A stretch of 64,000 bases of DNA from Phycisphaerae bacterium (GCA_041652575.1 JBAZHC010000006.1:79963-143962), one strand, 5' to 3'; counted from the stretch's first letter, positions 45,286-55,702 are shown. Numbers and translations are program-made. Notes: a model not told the origin generated them from the sequence alone.

Positions 45286-46071
45286 CTATACAAAGTTTTG
45301 TTTTACATATTTTACGGCGTTGTCAAAGATTGTTCTGCCGTCGGCGCGGGATTCATCCTTTAATCTTGTCCAGTGCGGATGCTGAGTGAATCTTACAAAT
45401 CTTTCCGGATGCGGCATAAGCCCCATCACTCTGCCGGTCGAATCGCAAAGACCTGCGATAGAATCTGTTGAGCCGTTTGGATTTACCGGGAACGGGCCGA
45501 AATTTCCGTTTTCATCGACATATCTGAATGTGATTCGGTCATCTGTTTTGATTTTTTCGAAGACATCGTTATCTTCAAAGAGAATTTTCCCTTCTCCGTG
45601 CGCTATCGGCAGACAAATCCTTCTGCCCTGCTCAATGAAAATACATTTTTTACTCGAAGGTTCGAGATACACCCACCTGTCTTCGAATTTCCCGCTGTCG
45701 TTATTTGTGATTGTAAGCTGCTGTTTGCCGCTCGGCTCGATTTTGCCGAGAATGCCGGTTTTGACAAGAACCTGGAAGCCGTTGCAGATGCCCAGAACTA
45801 TTTTGCCTGCATCTATAAAAGCATTGAGCCTGTCGGAAAGATGATGAATAATCTGATTGGCAAGAATTTTACCAGCTGCTACGTCGTCGCCATAACTGAA
45901 TCCGCCCGGAATAACAAGAATTTGAAATTCGTCGAGCAAATCGGGACTCTCGATAATTCTGTTAACGTGAATTCTTTCTGCCTTGGCACCGGAAAGCTCG
46001 AGTGCATATTGTGTTTCCACATCGCAATTGATTCCAGCCGCTCTTAATACTATCGCATTTGCTTGTGTCAT
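45286..46071 (-). CDS. purQ: phosphoribosylformylglycinamidine synthase, glutaminase subunit
   Basis: 261 aa. Class I GATase GICNGFQ nucleophile elbow and the HPER block. Confidence 0.92.
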   Translation of the reverse strand: MTQANAIVLRAAGINCDVETQYALELSGAKAERIHVNRIIESPDLLDEFQILVIPGGFSYGDDVAAGKILANQIIHHLSDRLNAFIDAGKIVLGICNGFQVLVKTGILGKIEPSGKQQLTITNNDSGKFEDRWVYLEPSSKKCIFIEQGRRICLPIAHGEGKILFEDNDVFEKIKTDDRITFRYVDENGNFGPFPVNPNGSTDSIAGLCDSTGRVMGLMPHPERFVRFTQHPHWTRLKDESRADGRTIFDNAVKYVKQNFV

Positions 46072-46078
46072 TTATTTT

Positions 46079-48958
46079 TTACCATTTCAAAGGTTTCAGC
46101 CAGGCTTCTTTCAAGTTGTCAATCGCGACATCCACGACATTTTTGCCTAAGCTATCTTTTATAATTAGATTTTTATTTTTCGTTACCTGTCCAATCTGCC
46201 CGAACGCGGAGCCGAGCATAAGTTTGGCGAAATCGTTGAATTTCGCCGGCTCAACTTCGACAATGTACCGCGAACACGACTCGCTGAATAATTGCGAAGC
46301 TAAAGCGGCGCAATCGGAACTCTTCGGCAGTCCTTTAAGGTCAGCCATTATCCCGAATCCACCCGAAAACGCCATTTCCGCAAGCGCAACCGCAAGGCCG
46401 CCTTCGCTGCAATCGTGACAGCTTGCGACAAGTCCTTTATCGATTGCCCTGGAAATTTTTTCAGCGCTTAATTTCGCCGCTCTTAAATCAGTTTTGGGAA
46501 CATTGGCGCCGAGCTGATTTTTAATTTTATAGTAATGCGAACCGCCAAGCTCATTTTTCGTAATGCCGACCATAAACAGCAAATTGCCAGCCGCTTTCAA
46601 ATCAGCCGTTACGCATTTTTTCACATCATCGACAATGCCCATCGCGCTTATAAGCAGCGTCGCCGGTATTGATATTTCTCTGCCGTCATCGCAGATAAAA
46701 TTATTGTTCAGCGAATCTTTGCCGGAGATAAAAGGCGTACCGAACGCGATGGCTCCGTCGAAACATGCCTGTGCCGCGCGAACCAGCGAGCCTAACGTTT
46801 CTTCTTTTTTGCAGTCCGCCCAGCAGAAATTATCGAGCAGTGCGATTCTGTCCGGCCTTGCCCCGACACAAACTACATTTCTTATCGCCTCGTCGATTCC
46901 CGCCAGTGTCATCCAGTACGGGTCGATATCGCCGTATAACGGATTCATTCCGCATCCGATTGCGATGCCTTTATCGGAGTCGAATTTCGGCTGCACCACC
47001 GCCGCGTCATTCGGCCCGTCGTTGGTAACACCGCCCAGCGGCTTTACAACCGAGCCGCCCTGCACTTCATGGTCGTATTGGCGGATAACCCATTCCTTGC
47101 TCGCAATATTATATGTCGAAAGAACATTTAAAAGTTCTTCATTATAATTTTCTTTTGTCTCAAGAGCAGGCTCCGACAAATTTTTTGAATTCCATCGTGC
47201 CTTTCTCGAATATTTCGGCAGACCGTCGTGCAGAAAATCCATATCGATTTGGCCGACCTGCGTGCCGTTATATTTTAATGTGAGTTTTTTATCGTCTGTG
47301 AATCTTCCGATAACCGTCGCCTCGACATTTTCATCAGCGAACAATTTGCTTATTCTTTCGAGGTTTTCCGGCTTGACCGCGATAACCATTCTCTCCTGCG
47401 CTTCGCTTATCCACGTTTCGGTATATGAAAGGCCCGCATATTTGAGCGGGATTTTTTCAAGGTCAACTTCCGTGCCCAGTTCCGCTCCCATTTCGCCGAC
47501 CGCGCTGCTAAGTCCCCCCGCTCCGCAATCGGTAATCGCGCTGTACAGTTCCAATTCCCTGGCCTGCAGGAGCGTATCGAGCATCTTCTTTTCCGTGATT
47601 GCGTTTCCAATCTGTACCGCGTGCGAAAAAACAGTTTCGTGTTCGTGCGTCATCGCCCCGCTCGAAAAAGTCGCGCCGTGAATGCCGTCTCTGCCGGTTC
47701 TGCCTCCGACAACCATAACGAGTTCGCCGGTCGATGCTCCGCCGAAACATTTATCTCTCGGCATAATGCCTATATTGCCGCAGAAGACCAGCGGGTTGCC
47801 GAGGTATCGGTCGTCGAAGAATATCGCGCCGTTGACAGTCGGTATTCCCATCCTGTTTCCGTAATCTCTTACGCCTGCGATAACGCCTTTGGCGATTCGT
47901 TTGGGATGCAGAACGCCTCGCGGAATTTCATCGAAACTTTTATCAGGCTCGGCGAAACAGAAAATATCCGTATTGGCAATCGGTTTTGCGCCAAGTCCGG
48001 TTCCCATCGGGTCGCGCAGAACTCCGCCGATACCCGTTGCCGCTCCGCCGTAAGGGTCCAGCGCCGATGGATGATTATGCGTTTCCACTTTGAAGCATAT
48101 AGCGTCCGTTTCATCGAATTCTATTACGCCGGCGTTGTCTTTAAAGACGCTTATGCACCAGTCCTTATTGAGCTGTTTGGTCGCTCCAAAAACAGTTTCT
48201 TTTATAAGATTATCGAAGTGAATATTCTTGCCTTCGAATTCGAAATCGACGCTGCTCTTTAATGTTTTATGAACGCAGTGTTCGCTCCAGGTCTGGGCCA
48301 GCGCCTCAAGTTCGATATCTGTAGGCTCTCTGCCAATCGACTTGAAATAACCCTGAATGGTTTTCATCTCGACTGCGTTGAGGAACAAATCCATTTTTTT
48401 GCTCAGTTCGACAAGCTGCTGCTCGTCGAGATTTAATAAGCTGATTGTTTTAAGATTGAACTGATATGGCGCAAGGTGCGGACTCGGCGGCTCAGCCTCG
48501 GCGCCGATAACGACTACTTCGATGCAGTCGTTCGAAAGTCTGCGGACAATTTTTTTAAGCTGCTTATCGTTTATCTCGCCGAACAGAACGTATTTTCTCG
48601 CTGTCCTGACCGTCAGACATTTTTTGCCCATATCGTCGATAGCCGTCATCACCGATTCAGCGACAGGGTCGGTAACGCCGCTTTTGAGATGAATTTCTAT
48701 AATGGTTGCCCTGGCAAGTCCGGCCGGTGCCGAACTTTTGCCGATATAAAAATCCTCGCAGACCGTATCAGCAAGTAATTCGCCGCCGATTCGTTTGGCG
48801 AACTCGTCATCGAAATCGCCTTCAATCAGGAAAACTCTTGCCGACTGAACATCCAGTACGGTTTCGATGCCGAGTTCCCAGATATCACCCAAAACATTCC
48901 TGCCCCCGACATCTGCGCTGTCGGCCCTGCTGAAAACTTCAAAACGCCATTGTTTCAC
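46079..48958 (-). CDS. purL: phosphoribosylformylglycinamidine synthase subunit PurL with N-terminal PurS-like extension
   Basis: 959 aa. The PurL core starts near WSEHCVHK at about residue 228. The preceding ~180 aa contain PurS-like segments (IEIHLKSGVTDPVAESV). Confidence 0.92.
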   Translation of the reverse strand: MKQWRFEVFSRADSADVGGRNVLGDIWELGIETVLDVQSARVFLIEGDFDDEFAKRIGGELLADTVCEDFYIGKSSAPAGLARATIIEIHLKSGVTDPVAESVMTAIDDMGKKCLTVRTARKYVLFGEINDKQLKKIVRRLSNDCIEVVVIGAEAEPPSPHLAPYQFNLKTISLLNLDEQQLVELSKKMDLFLNAVEMKTIQGYFKSIGREPTDIELEALAQTWSEHCVHKTLKSSVDFEFEGKNIHFDNLIKETVFGATKQLNKDWCISVFKDNAGVIEFDETDAICFKVETHNHPSALDPYGGAATGIGGVLRDPMGTGLGAKPIANTDIFCFAEPDKSFDEIPRGVLHPKRIAKGVIAGVRDYGNRMGIPTVNGAIFFDDRYLGNPLVFCGNIGIMPRDKCFGGASTGELVMVVGGRTGRDGIHGATFSSGAMTHEHETVFSHAVQIGNAITEKKMLDTLLQARELELYSAITDCGAGGLSSAVGEMGAELGTEVDLEKIPLKYAGLSYTETWISEAQERMVIAVKPENLERISKLFADENVEATVIGRFTDDKKLTLKYNGTQVGQIDMDFLHDGLPKYSRKARWNSKNLSEPALETKENYNEELLNVLSTYNIASKEWVIRQYDHEVQGGSVVKPLGGVTNDGPNDAAVVQPKFDSDKGIAIGCGMNPLYGDIDPYWMTLAGIDEAIRNVVCVGARPDRIALLDNFCWADCKKEETLGSLVRAAQACFDGAIAFGTPFISGKDSLNNNFICDDGREISIPATLLISAMGIVDDVKKCVTADLKAAGNLLFMVGITKNELGGSHYYKIKNQLGANVPKTDLRAAKLSAEKISRAIDKGLVASCHDCSEGGLAVALAEMAFSGGFGIMADLKGLPKSSDCAALASQLFSESCSRYIVEVEPAKFNDFAKLMLGSAFGQIGQVTKNKNLIIKDSLGKNVVDVAIDNLKEAWLKPLKW

Positions 48959-49827
48959 TGTAGTTCCTTCTTTGATACTTTGTATTCCATAAGTCTTGCT
49001 CTTTTGTCGCGGGCAAGAGAAAGTAATTTTTCAATTTTGCTTTTATTTTTAAGTTTCGCCGCCTTTTTAAGTTTGCCCAGTTCTTTGATTACGTTGTCGA
49101 TGCCTTTGCAGATATTGGCCGAATTCGTATAGAAGATATCCGCCCAGATATTTGCCGGCCCCGATGCGATTCTCGAAGTATCTATAAAACCTTTTCCGGA
49201 AAATTTTAACTGTTTCAAATCTGAAGCGTTCAGCAGTGCCGCCGCAAGTGCGTGCGGCAGATGACTGACGTTGCCGAGAATTTTATCGTGCTGCTGCGGC
49301 GACATCGTACTGACCTTGCAGCCGAGCGATGCCCAGAATTTTTTCAGCGTTTTTACAGCCGATGAATTCGTCGAAGCGTCTTTCGTAATTAGACAGGCGG
49401 CCCCATCGAACAAATCGTCCCGTCCGAAGTCCACGCCCCGCTGCTCCGACCCTGCAATCGGATGAGAGCCGACATAACTTACATATTTCGGAAGATTCTT
49501 TTTCGCCCACTTATGCGGCAAAACTTTTGTCGAGCCGACATCGGTAACTATGCAGCCCTTTTTCAGAGCGGGCCCAATCGTTTTGAATATCTCTTCGAAA
49601 GTGCATATCGGCGTCGCGAGGATAACAACATCGGCATCGGCTGCGCTTTTGCGTATATCGTCGAAGACACAATCAGCGACGCCAAGCCGTTTTGCCCGTC
49701 TGCGCGTAGAGGCCCTGTGGCTGAAACCAGCCGTTTTTATGCCCAGATTGCTGCGTCCGATAGCCAGAGTAATCGAAGAACCCAAAAGGCCGAGCCCTAT
49801 AACGGTAACTTGTCGTAAATCCTTCAA
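48955..49827 (-). CDS. tyrA: prephenate dehydrogenase
   Basis: 290 aa. VTVIGLGLLGSS Rossmann fold and the GSHPIAG block. 4-nt overlap with purL. Confidence 0.85.
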   Translation of the reverse strand: MKDLRQVTVIGLGLLGSSITLAIGRSNLGIKTAGFSHRASTRRRAKRLGVADCVFDDIRKSAADADVVILATPICTFEEIFKTIGPALKKGCIVTDVGSTKVLPHKWAKKNLPKYVSYVGSHPIAGSEQRGVDFGRDDLFDGAACLITKDASTNSSAVKTLKKFWASLGCKVSTMSPQQHDKILGNVSHLPHALAAALLNASDLKQLKFSGKGFIDTSRIASGPANIWADIFYTNSANICKGIDNVIKELGKLKKAAKLKNKSKIEKLLSLARDKRARLMEYKVSKKELQ

Positions 49828-49995
49828 AATAAACGCCTTATATAAACATTATCGCTTTTGTCATGTTTGTAAAAAGTATCGACAAACCGCTCCAATGTCA
49901 ATTTTTTTCTTTGTTTGAAGGTGCCAAACTGGTATAATGCCTTGCTACTAAATTGTTTCAATTCACTAAATTATCAACATAAACTACTGAATTTA

Positions 49996-51078
49996 ATGGC
50001 AAATACGAAAAATAAGAATAACGGCGACTATCTTTCGTTTGAAGAGAAGATAGCTGACATCGACAGGCAGACCGCTGAGCTTACAAGATTAAGCTCGGTA
50101 AAGGGCATCGACTATTCAGCCGAAATCCGCAAGCTCCAAAAAGAGCAGGTCGCCGAATTTAAGCGCATCTATTCGAATCTTTCCGCATGGCAAACCGTTC
50201 AGGTAGCAAGACATCCGAAAAGACCTCTGTTCAGCGAATATCTAAACCTTATGGTAAAAGATTTCCGCCAGCTTCACGGCGACAGATGTTTCGGCGACGA
50301 CGCCGCGATAGTCTGCGGCACGGGCCACATCGGTATGGAGAAAGTTTTAATCGTCGGCCAGAATAAGGGCCGCGACACAAAAGAAAAAATAAAATGCAAT
50401 TTCGGCTGCCCCAACCCGGAAGGCTACCGCAAGGCGCTTGCCAAGATGAAATTCGCTGAAAAATTCAATATCCCAGTCGTAACCCTGATTGATACTCCCG
50501 GCGCATATCCCGGCATCGGCGCCGAAGAACGCGGCCAGGCACAGGCCATCGCCGTAAATCTTATGGAAATGTCGCGACTGAAAGTGCCGATTATCTGCAT
50601 CGTCATCGGCGAAGGCGGCTCAGGCGGCGCATTGGGCATCGGCGTCGGCGACAGAATGGCTATTCTCGAATACGCTTATTATTCGGTTATTTCGCCCGAA
50701 GGCTGCGCCGCGATCCTATGGCGCGACGGCTCAAAGGCTCAGGAAGCCGCCGAGGCTCTTAAACTCACAAGCAAAGAACTTTACAGACTGGGAATCGCCG
50801 ATTCGGTAATAGCCGAACCTCTCGGCGGAGCGCACCGCAATATCCACGATGCGGTTTATAATGTCGAGCAATATATCGTCAGGACCCTGCGCGAGCTGAA
50901 AAGAATGAAAGTGGAAAACCTCCTCGAAAACAGATACCAGAAACTGCGTGCCATCGGCACAGCCGCCACAACGTTCAAACCGCTGGACGATTCCGAGCAC
51001 AAAATAAAAAGAGCAGCCGAAAAAATTATAAACGCCGGCAGTATTAGCCCTTCACATATTAAACCCATCGAAGTTTAA
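49996..51078 (+). CDS. accA: acetyl-CoA carboxylase carboxyltransferase alpha subunit
   Basis: AccA blocks RHPKRP, IDTPGAYPG, GEGGSGGAL. The in-frame ATG at 49996 is preferred over the track's 49915 start. Confidence 0.9.
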   Translation: MANTKNKNNGDYLSFEEKIADIDRQTAELTRLSSVKGIDYSAEIRKLQKEQVAEFKRIYSNLSAWQTVQVARHPKRPLFSEYLNLMVKDFRQLHGDRCFGDDAAIVCGTGHIGMEKVLIVGQNKGRDTKEKIKCNFGCPNPEGYRKALAKMKFAEKFNIPVVTLIDTPGAYPGIGAEERGQAQAIAVNLMEMSRLKVPIICIVIGEGGSGGALGIGVGDRMAILEYAYYSVISPEGCAAILWRDGSKAQEAAEALKLTSKELYRLGIADSVIAEPLGGAHRNIHDAVYNVEQYIVRTLRELKRMKVENLLENRYQKLRAIGTAATTFKPLDDSEHKIKRAAEKIINAGSISPSHIKPIEV

Positions 51079-51098
51079 TTTTCTGAAAGCCCCCATTT

Positions 51099-52154
51099 AT
51101 GCCAAAATTTATGGGAGACGAAATTATAACTATCGGCTTAAGTCCCTGCTGGGACAGAACCATCGAAATCGCCGATATAAACTGGAACCAGCACAAAACA
51201 ACCTCTTCACAAAAGAGGGCTCCAGCCGGCAAAGCATTAAATATCAACAAGGCCCTTGCCTGGATGGAAATTGAATCCACCGCGGCAGGCCTCTGGGGCA
51301 GCGAAGATTTTTCGCAAATGAAACAGGCGTTAACGTGTCATTCCCGCTCTCTTTGTCATTCCCGCGAAAGCGGGAATCCACGTATCAATATTCGTCTCAC
51401 CAAAGTCCCCGGCTCAACCCGTGAAAATATAACAATTATAGACACCGCGAATAAACGCCAGATGCACCTTCGCAGCAAAAGTACTTTGGCAAATGGAAAA
51501 ACGACGAAACTGTTAGAACGGGATTTGCAGAAAATTATCATAAAGCATAGTATCTGTATCTTCTCAGGCGCAATGCCGGACGAAGCGATTGAGTTGGTTG
51601 AATTTGCAAAGAAAAAGGCCGTGTCTGTTATCGTTGATACTTCCGGCCCTGTCTTAAAAAGAATAGTCGCAAAAGGCGGCCTGTTTCTTATCAAGCCGAA
51701 CATCGAGGAGCTTGGCGAATTAGTCGGAAAGAAAATCAAAAATGAAGAACGCGCGATAATCTCCGCCGCGAAAAAATTATTGACTAAAGTTAAGTTTATC
51801 CTCGTCAGCCGCGGCGAAAAAGGCGCAATGCTTATTTTTTCTCACAGCTCGGGCGAATTTATCCCCGAACATTGCAAAGGCGTTCCCCAAAAAATACTTA
51901 AAGCGGAAACAATTGTTCTTTCCGCCAAATATATCGGCAAAAAATATGATGTTTACAATACTGTCGGCTGCGGCGATTATCTTTTGGCCGGCTTCATCAG
52001 CCGGTTCTGCCCCTGTATAGACAATTGCATCCGTGCGCTTAAAGATGGAGTGCAAGCCGCAACCGCAAAAGCCTTCGGCCTGAACGAAACCCTCTCCTGG
52101 CAGCAAATTCAAAAGAAAATAAATATTAAGATTTTACATTTACGAAAAACTTAA
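51099..52154 (+). CDS. PfkB-family sugar-phosphate kinase (1-phosphofructokinase-like) carrying a repeat-derived insert
   Basis: 351 aa. IITIGLSPCWDRT start, GKALNINKAL, C-terminal VGCGDYLLAGF. Confidence 0.75.
   Translation: MPKFMGDEIITIGLSPCWDRTIEIADINWNQHKTTSSQKRAPAGKALNINKALAWMEIESTAAGLWGSEDFSQMKQALTCHSRSLCHSRESGNPRINIRLTKVPGSTRENITIIDTANKRQMHLRSKSTLANGKTTKLLERDLQKIIIKHSICIFSGAMPDEAIELVEFAKKKAVSVIVDTSGPVLKRIVAKGGLFLIKPNIEELGELVGKKIKNEERAIISAAKKLLTKVKFILVSRGEKGAMLIFSHSSGEFIPEHCKGVPQKILKAETIVLSAKYIGKKYDVYNTVGCGDYLLAGFISRFCPCIDNCIRALKDGVQAATAKAFGLNETLSWQQIQKKINIKILHLRKT
51335..51385. repeat. module-C REP (gtcattcccgcgaaagcgggaatccacgt) inside the PfkB kinase ORF
   Basis: gtgtcattcccgctctctttgtcattcccgcgaaagcgggaatccacgt, translated in frame as CHSRSLCHSRESGNPR. 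Confidence 0.8.
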
Positions 52155-52213
52155 CATCGTTTATCCCCTTAAACCATTAATAAAAAAATCCTTAACATAA
52201 AAAATCTTCCGGT

Positions 52214-52251
52214 ACTATACTCGTATGTAGTATACTGCATACGAGTATAGT
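52214..52251. repeat. hairpin with 14-bp perfect arms between convergent genes
   Basis: actatactcgtatg-tagtatactg-catacgagtatagt. Confidence 0.8.
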
Positions 52252-52339
52252 GGTCGCATCTTTTGTTTCAGCAAAGGCCGACCTTGTCAGTCTGTGGACA
52301 ACGCATAATGGCTGGCACAAAAGCTCGCTTTGAGCAAAG

Positions 52340-52537
52340 CCGTTGCTTTGTCCTATGGACTCCTGATGGAGAGCACAAAATTATTTGCTGAAACAAACAG
52401 TGTTAGTCCGTGTCTAAAAATATCTGTGACCTCTGCCTGCCTTGCCGTAGCTTTTAGCGAAGGCAGGTGAGCTCTGTGGCTCGGTGGTGAAATTAAATTT
52501 TTCTTCGTGCTTCTTCCATCCTTCGTGGTGAATTATC
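52340..52537. repeat. cluster of dispersed intergenic repeat modules
   Basis: gtcctatggactcctgatggagagcac (compare 21810-21836); tccgtgtctaaaaa..ctgtg (compare 13935); the ggtggtgaaattaaattttt..cttcgtggtg unit (compare 14243 and 55622). Confidence 0.65.
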
Positions 52538-52540
52538 TTT

Positions 52541-53701
52541 TTACTCCCTATGGGATGCCTTACGGCAAAAATAATTACCCGGCAATTGTTTCACGATTCC
52601 TTTCAGTCTCATCGAAACCAAAGCAGCATTGACCTTCCCTGCCGAAATTTCAGTCTGGCTTATTATCTCTTCAATATGAACCGGCTCGCTATCGAGGCAA
52701 TCGAAAATCTTTTTCTCAATATCTGTCAAATTCAATTTTGAAATGTCGAACAGCGGCATCTGGGCCTTTTCAATCGCCTGTTTTGCGGCCTTGGTCAAAT
52801 GCTCTGCGAAATCTTTTTGCAGAAATTCCAAAGTTTCAATTACATCTTCAACCGACTCGACAAGTTTCGCTCCTTCTTTAATTAATTTATGCGGCCCTTT
52901 CGAAAGCGGCGAATCTACTCTGCCGGGAACGGCCATTACTTCTCTGCCGTTTTCCATCGCCGCCCGTGCGCTTATAAGCGCACCTGACCTCGGCATCGCC
53001 TCGACAACAATTGTCGCAAGTGAAAGTCCTGCGATAATTCTGTTTCGAGGCGGAAAATTTTCCGCTAATGGTTCGTATTCCATCGGCAGCTCGCTTACGC
53101 AGGCGCCGTTTGCGCAGATTTTTTCGAAGAGCTGTTTATTCTCCGGCGGAAAAATATTCGCAAGGCCGCATCCCTGCACCGCGATTGTCCTTCCGTTTGC
53201 GCTTAATGCTCCGCTGTGCGCAGCCGAGTCGATACCCCTTGCCATTCCCGAAACGATAGTGATTCCCGCCGATGCCAAAAGATGCGCTAACCTCGATGCC
53301 TGTTCGCTTCCGTAATGGCTGCATCCGCGCGACCCGACGATTGCGACAGCCAGGTTATCGCTGGCTACAATCTCGCCTTTGACATAAAGCACCGCCGGCG
53401 GGTCGTAGATTTTTTTCAATAATGTCGGATACCGGTCATCTGAAATATTGATGATACATACCCCGTTTTTATCGGCCAGTGCGATTTCCTTTTCGGCATC
53501 GAAGCTGTTTCTTGAGCGGATGATTTTTTCGCTTATTATTCGCCCGACGCCTTCGACCTGTGCCAGGCCGGTTGCCGAAGCCGAAAGAATCGCTTCTACG
53601 GTGCCGAAACGTTCGAGAAGACGTCCGAAAATAACTGGTCCTATCCCCTCGGAACGAACAATCTTCAGCCAGTCGCGTATATTGGTTGAGTGGCCTGCCA
53701 A
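52541..53701 (-). CDS. dprA: DNA-processing protein DprA (Smf)
   Basis: 386 aa. Rossmann-like core VSGMARGIDSAAH and the C-terminal winged-helix region. Confidence 0.9.
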   Translation of the reverse strand: MAGHSTNIRDWLKIVRSEGIGPVIFGRLLERFGTVEAILSASATGLAQVEGVGRIISEKIIRSRNSFDAEKEIALADKNGVCIINISDDRYPTLLKKIYDPPAVLYVKGEIVASDNLAVAIVGSRGCSHYGSEQASRLAHLLASAGITIVSGMARGIDSAAHSGALSANGRTIAVQGCGLANIFPPENKQLFEKICANGACVSELPMEYEPLAENFPPRNRIIAGLSLATIVVEAMPRSGALISARAAMENGREVMAVPGRVDSPLSKGPHKLIKEGAKLVESVEDVIETLEFLQKDFAEHLTKAAKQAIEKAQMPLFDISKLNLTDIEKKIFDCLDSEPVHIEEIISQTEISAGKVNAALVSMRLKGIVKQLPGNYFCRKASHRE

Positions 53702-53993
53702 ATTTCCTCCTCTCGGATGGAATATTTTGTGACTCTTTTATCCAGTTTAGACCTAAAAATAATAAAGAAACTGTTGAATTTCAATAAAAAAGTAACAGAA
53801 ATTGAGTTAAAATGGACTTAAACAATCTTGAACTATTAAAGAAAAACGAATTAAATTATGTACGATTTTTCGATTGTAACTATATGTATTATAAACACTT
53901 AAAAAAGAAGCATAACAGGACAATCAATTCTGTTATTTATGATAAGCGGTTATAAATTGACTTCATGATATTTTATTGGTATTTTGAGGGGCT

Positions 53994-55400
53994 ATGGCTA
54001 CCCACACAAGCACAACTAAGAAGGCTGAGAAGTTAGGTAAGACCTCGCCGGTAAAAGCTTCGAAGCAGTTTCGCACGATAAAGCAGGGACTTGAATACCT
54101 GTTCACGCGGACGGACTATGAAAAGCAGAGCCGCCTGCGCTATAATATTACGACTTTCAGTCTTGAGCGGATGGAAAAGCTTTTGTCTCTGGTAGCCAAT
54201 CCGCACAAAAAACTCGCCTGCGCTCATATCGCCGGCACGAAGGGCAAAGGTTCAACGGCGACGATGCTGGCGAGGATGCTGCAGGCTAATGACTACTCGG
54301 TCGGGCTTTATACATCGCCCCATGTCGTCAATCTGCACGAGAGAATAGAAATTAACGGCAAAAGAATATCCGATTCGGAACTTCTGGGTCTGATTAACCG
54401 CATATATGCTCCCGTTGAAAAAATGGCAAAAACAGACCAGCCGACATTTTTTGAGATATTCACGACGATAGCGTTTTTGTATTTTGTGGACAAAAAAGTT
54501 GACATTGCGGTTATCGAAACGGGCCTCGGCGGCAGATTAGACAGCACAAACGTAATTGAACCGGCTGTGGTCGGAATAACGAATATCAGTATCGACCATC
54601 AGAACCTCCTCGGCAAAACTATCGACTGCATAGCAAAGGAAAAAGCCGGCGTCATAAAAAAAGGTATTCCCGTGATAAGCGTTCCTCAGGACCCGATGGC
54701 GATGCGCGAACTTAAGAAACAGGCGTTGGCCGTCAAGGCGCCATTCACGGTTACAGGCAAAGATATCGACTTTTCATATCGATTCGAATCGTCGCGCGAA
54801 CACGGTCCACATAACCGAATATGCCTGACGACTCCTACGAGCAAATTCGAACATCTTAGAGTTCCGCTTCCCGGCGAACACCAGGCGATGAATTGCGGTC
54901 TTGCGATAGCGATGCTCGATGCCCTCAAAGTCGGCGGCTTAAAGATAGACGACGCCAAAGCAATCAGCGGCCTGAAAGAAATAAAAATGCCCGGCCGAAT
55001 GGAAATAATCCACAACGACCCGCGCATCCTGATTGACGGCGCTCACAACGCCGCAAGTATCCGTGCGCTTGTCCAGGCCATCGGCCAGCACGTGCCGTAC
55101 GATTCCATGATTGTTATCTTCGGCTGCGGTCAGGACAAAGACGTTAGAGGAATGCTCGAACAGCTCCAGTACGGAGCCGACAAAGTGATATTCACTCGCA
55201 GCAATTCGCCAAAGGCCGTTTACCCGCAGGAGCTTGCGGATATGTACACCGAAATCTGCGGCAAGATGTGTCAGACGGCGCTGAGCCTCAAAGAGGCCCT
55301 GCGAATCGCCTCGGCAGCTATCGGCAGAGAAGACCTCGTCTGTATCACCGGCAGTTTTTATCTTGTCGGACAGGCTCGGATAATGTATATACCAGAGTAA
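53994..55400 (+). CDS. folC: bifunctional folylpolyglutamate synthase / dihydrofolate synthase
   Basis: 468 aa. Mur-ligase P-loop HIAGTKGKGST; ETGLGGRLD block. Confidence 0.92.
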   Translation: MATHTSTTKKAEKLGKTSPVKASKQFRTIKQGLEYLFTRTDYEKQSRLRYNITTFSLERMEKLLSLVANPHKKLACAHIAGTKGKGSTATMLARMLQANDYSVGLYTSPHVVNLHERIEINGKRISDSELLGLINRIYAPVEKMAKTDQPTFFEIFTTIAFLYFVDKKVDIAVIETGLGGRLDSTNVIEPAVVGITNISIDHQNLLGKTIDCIAKEKAGVIKKGIPVISVPQDPMAMRELKKQALAVKAPFTVTGKDIDFSYRFESSREHGPHNRICLTTPTSKFEHLRVPLPGEHQAMNCGLAIAMLDALKVGGLKIDDAKAISGLKEIKMPGRMEIIHNDPRILIDGAHNAASIRALVQAIGQHVPYDSMIVIFGCGQDKDVRGMLEQLQYGADKVIFTRSNSPKAVYPQELADMYTEICGKMCQTALSLKEALRIASAAIGREDLVCITGSFYLVGQARIMYIPE

Positions 55401-55700
55401 GGCCGCAGCGTAGCCACAAAGGCACTAAGGCACAAATATAATTTTAACTTCCAACATTTGATAACCGTAAAGCGGCTGCGGTGGCGCAACTCGTTTCGCC
55501 TATCGTTTTACGATGAACGTAATTGAAACTACGAATCCATACAAATAGAAAAGCCACAGAGAACACAGAGGTCACAGAGATACAAATTTTTAAAATCGCA
55601 GATTACGCTGATGATATTGATTTAATTATTCACCACGAAGAGTTGAAGAAACACGAAGGATAAAATTAATTTCACCACAGGGACACAGAGAAAAATACCA
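55401..55700. repeat. cluster of dispersed repeat modules bordering the lipoprotein island
   Basis: ggctgcggtggcgcaactcgtttcgcctatcgttttac (55453-55491); ccacagagaacacagaggtcacagag; reverse-complement copy of the ggtgaaattaatttt..cttcgtg unit. Confidence 0.65.
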
Positions 55701-55702
55701 CA

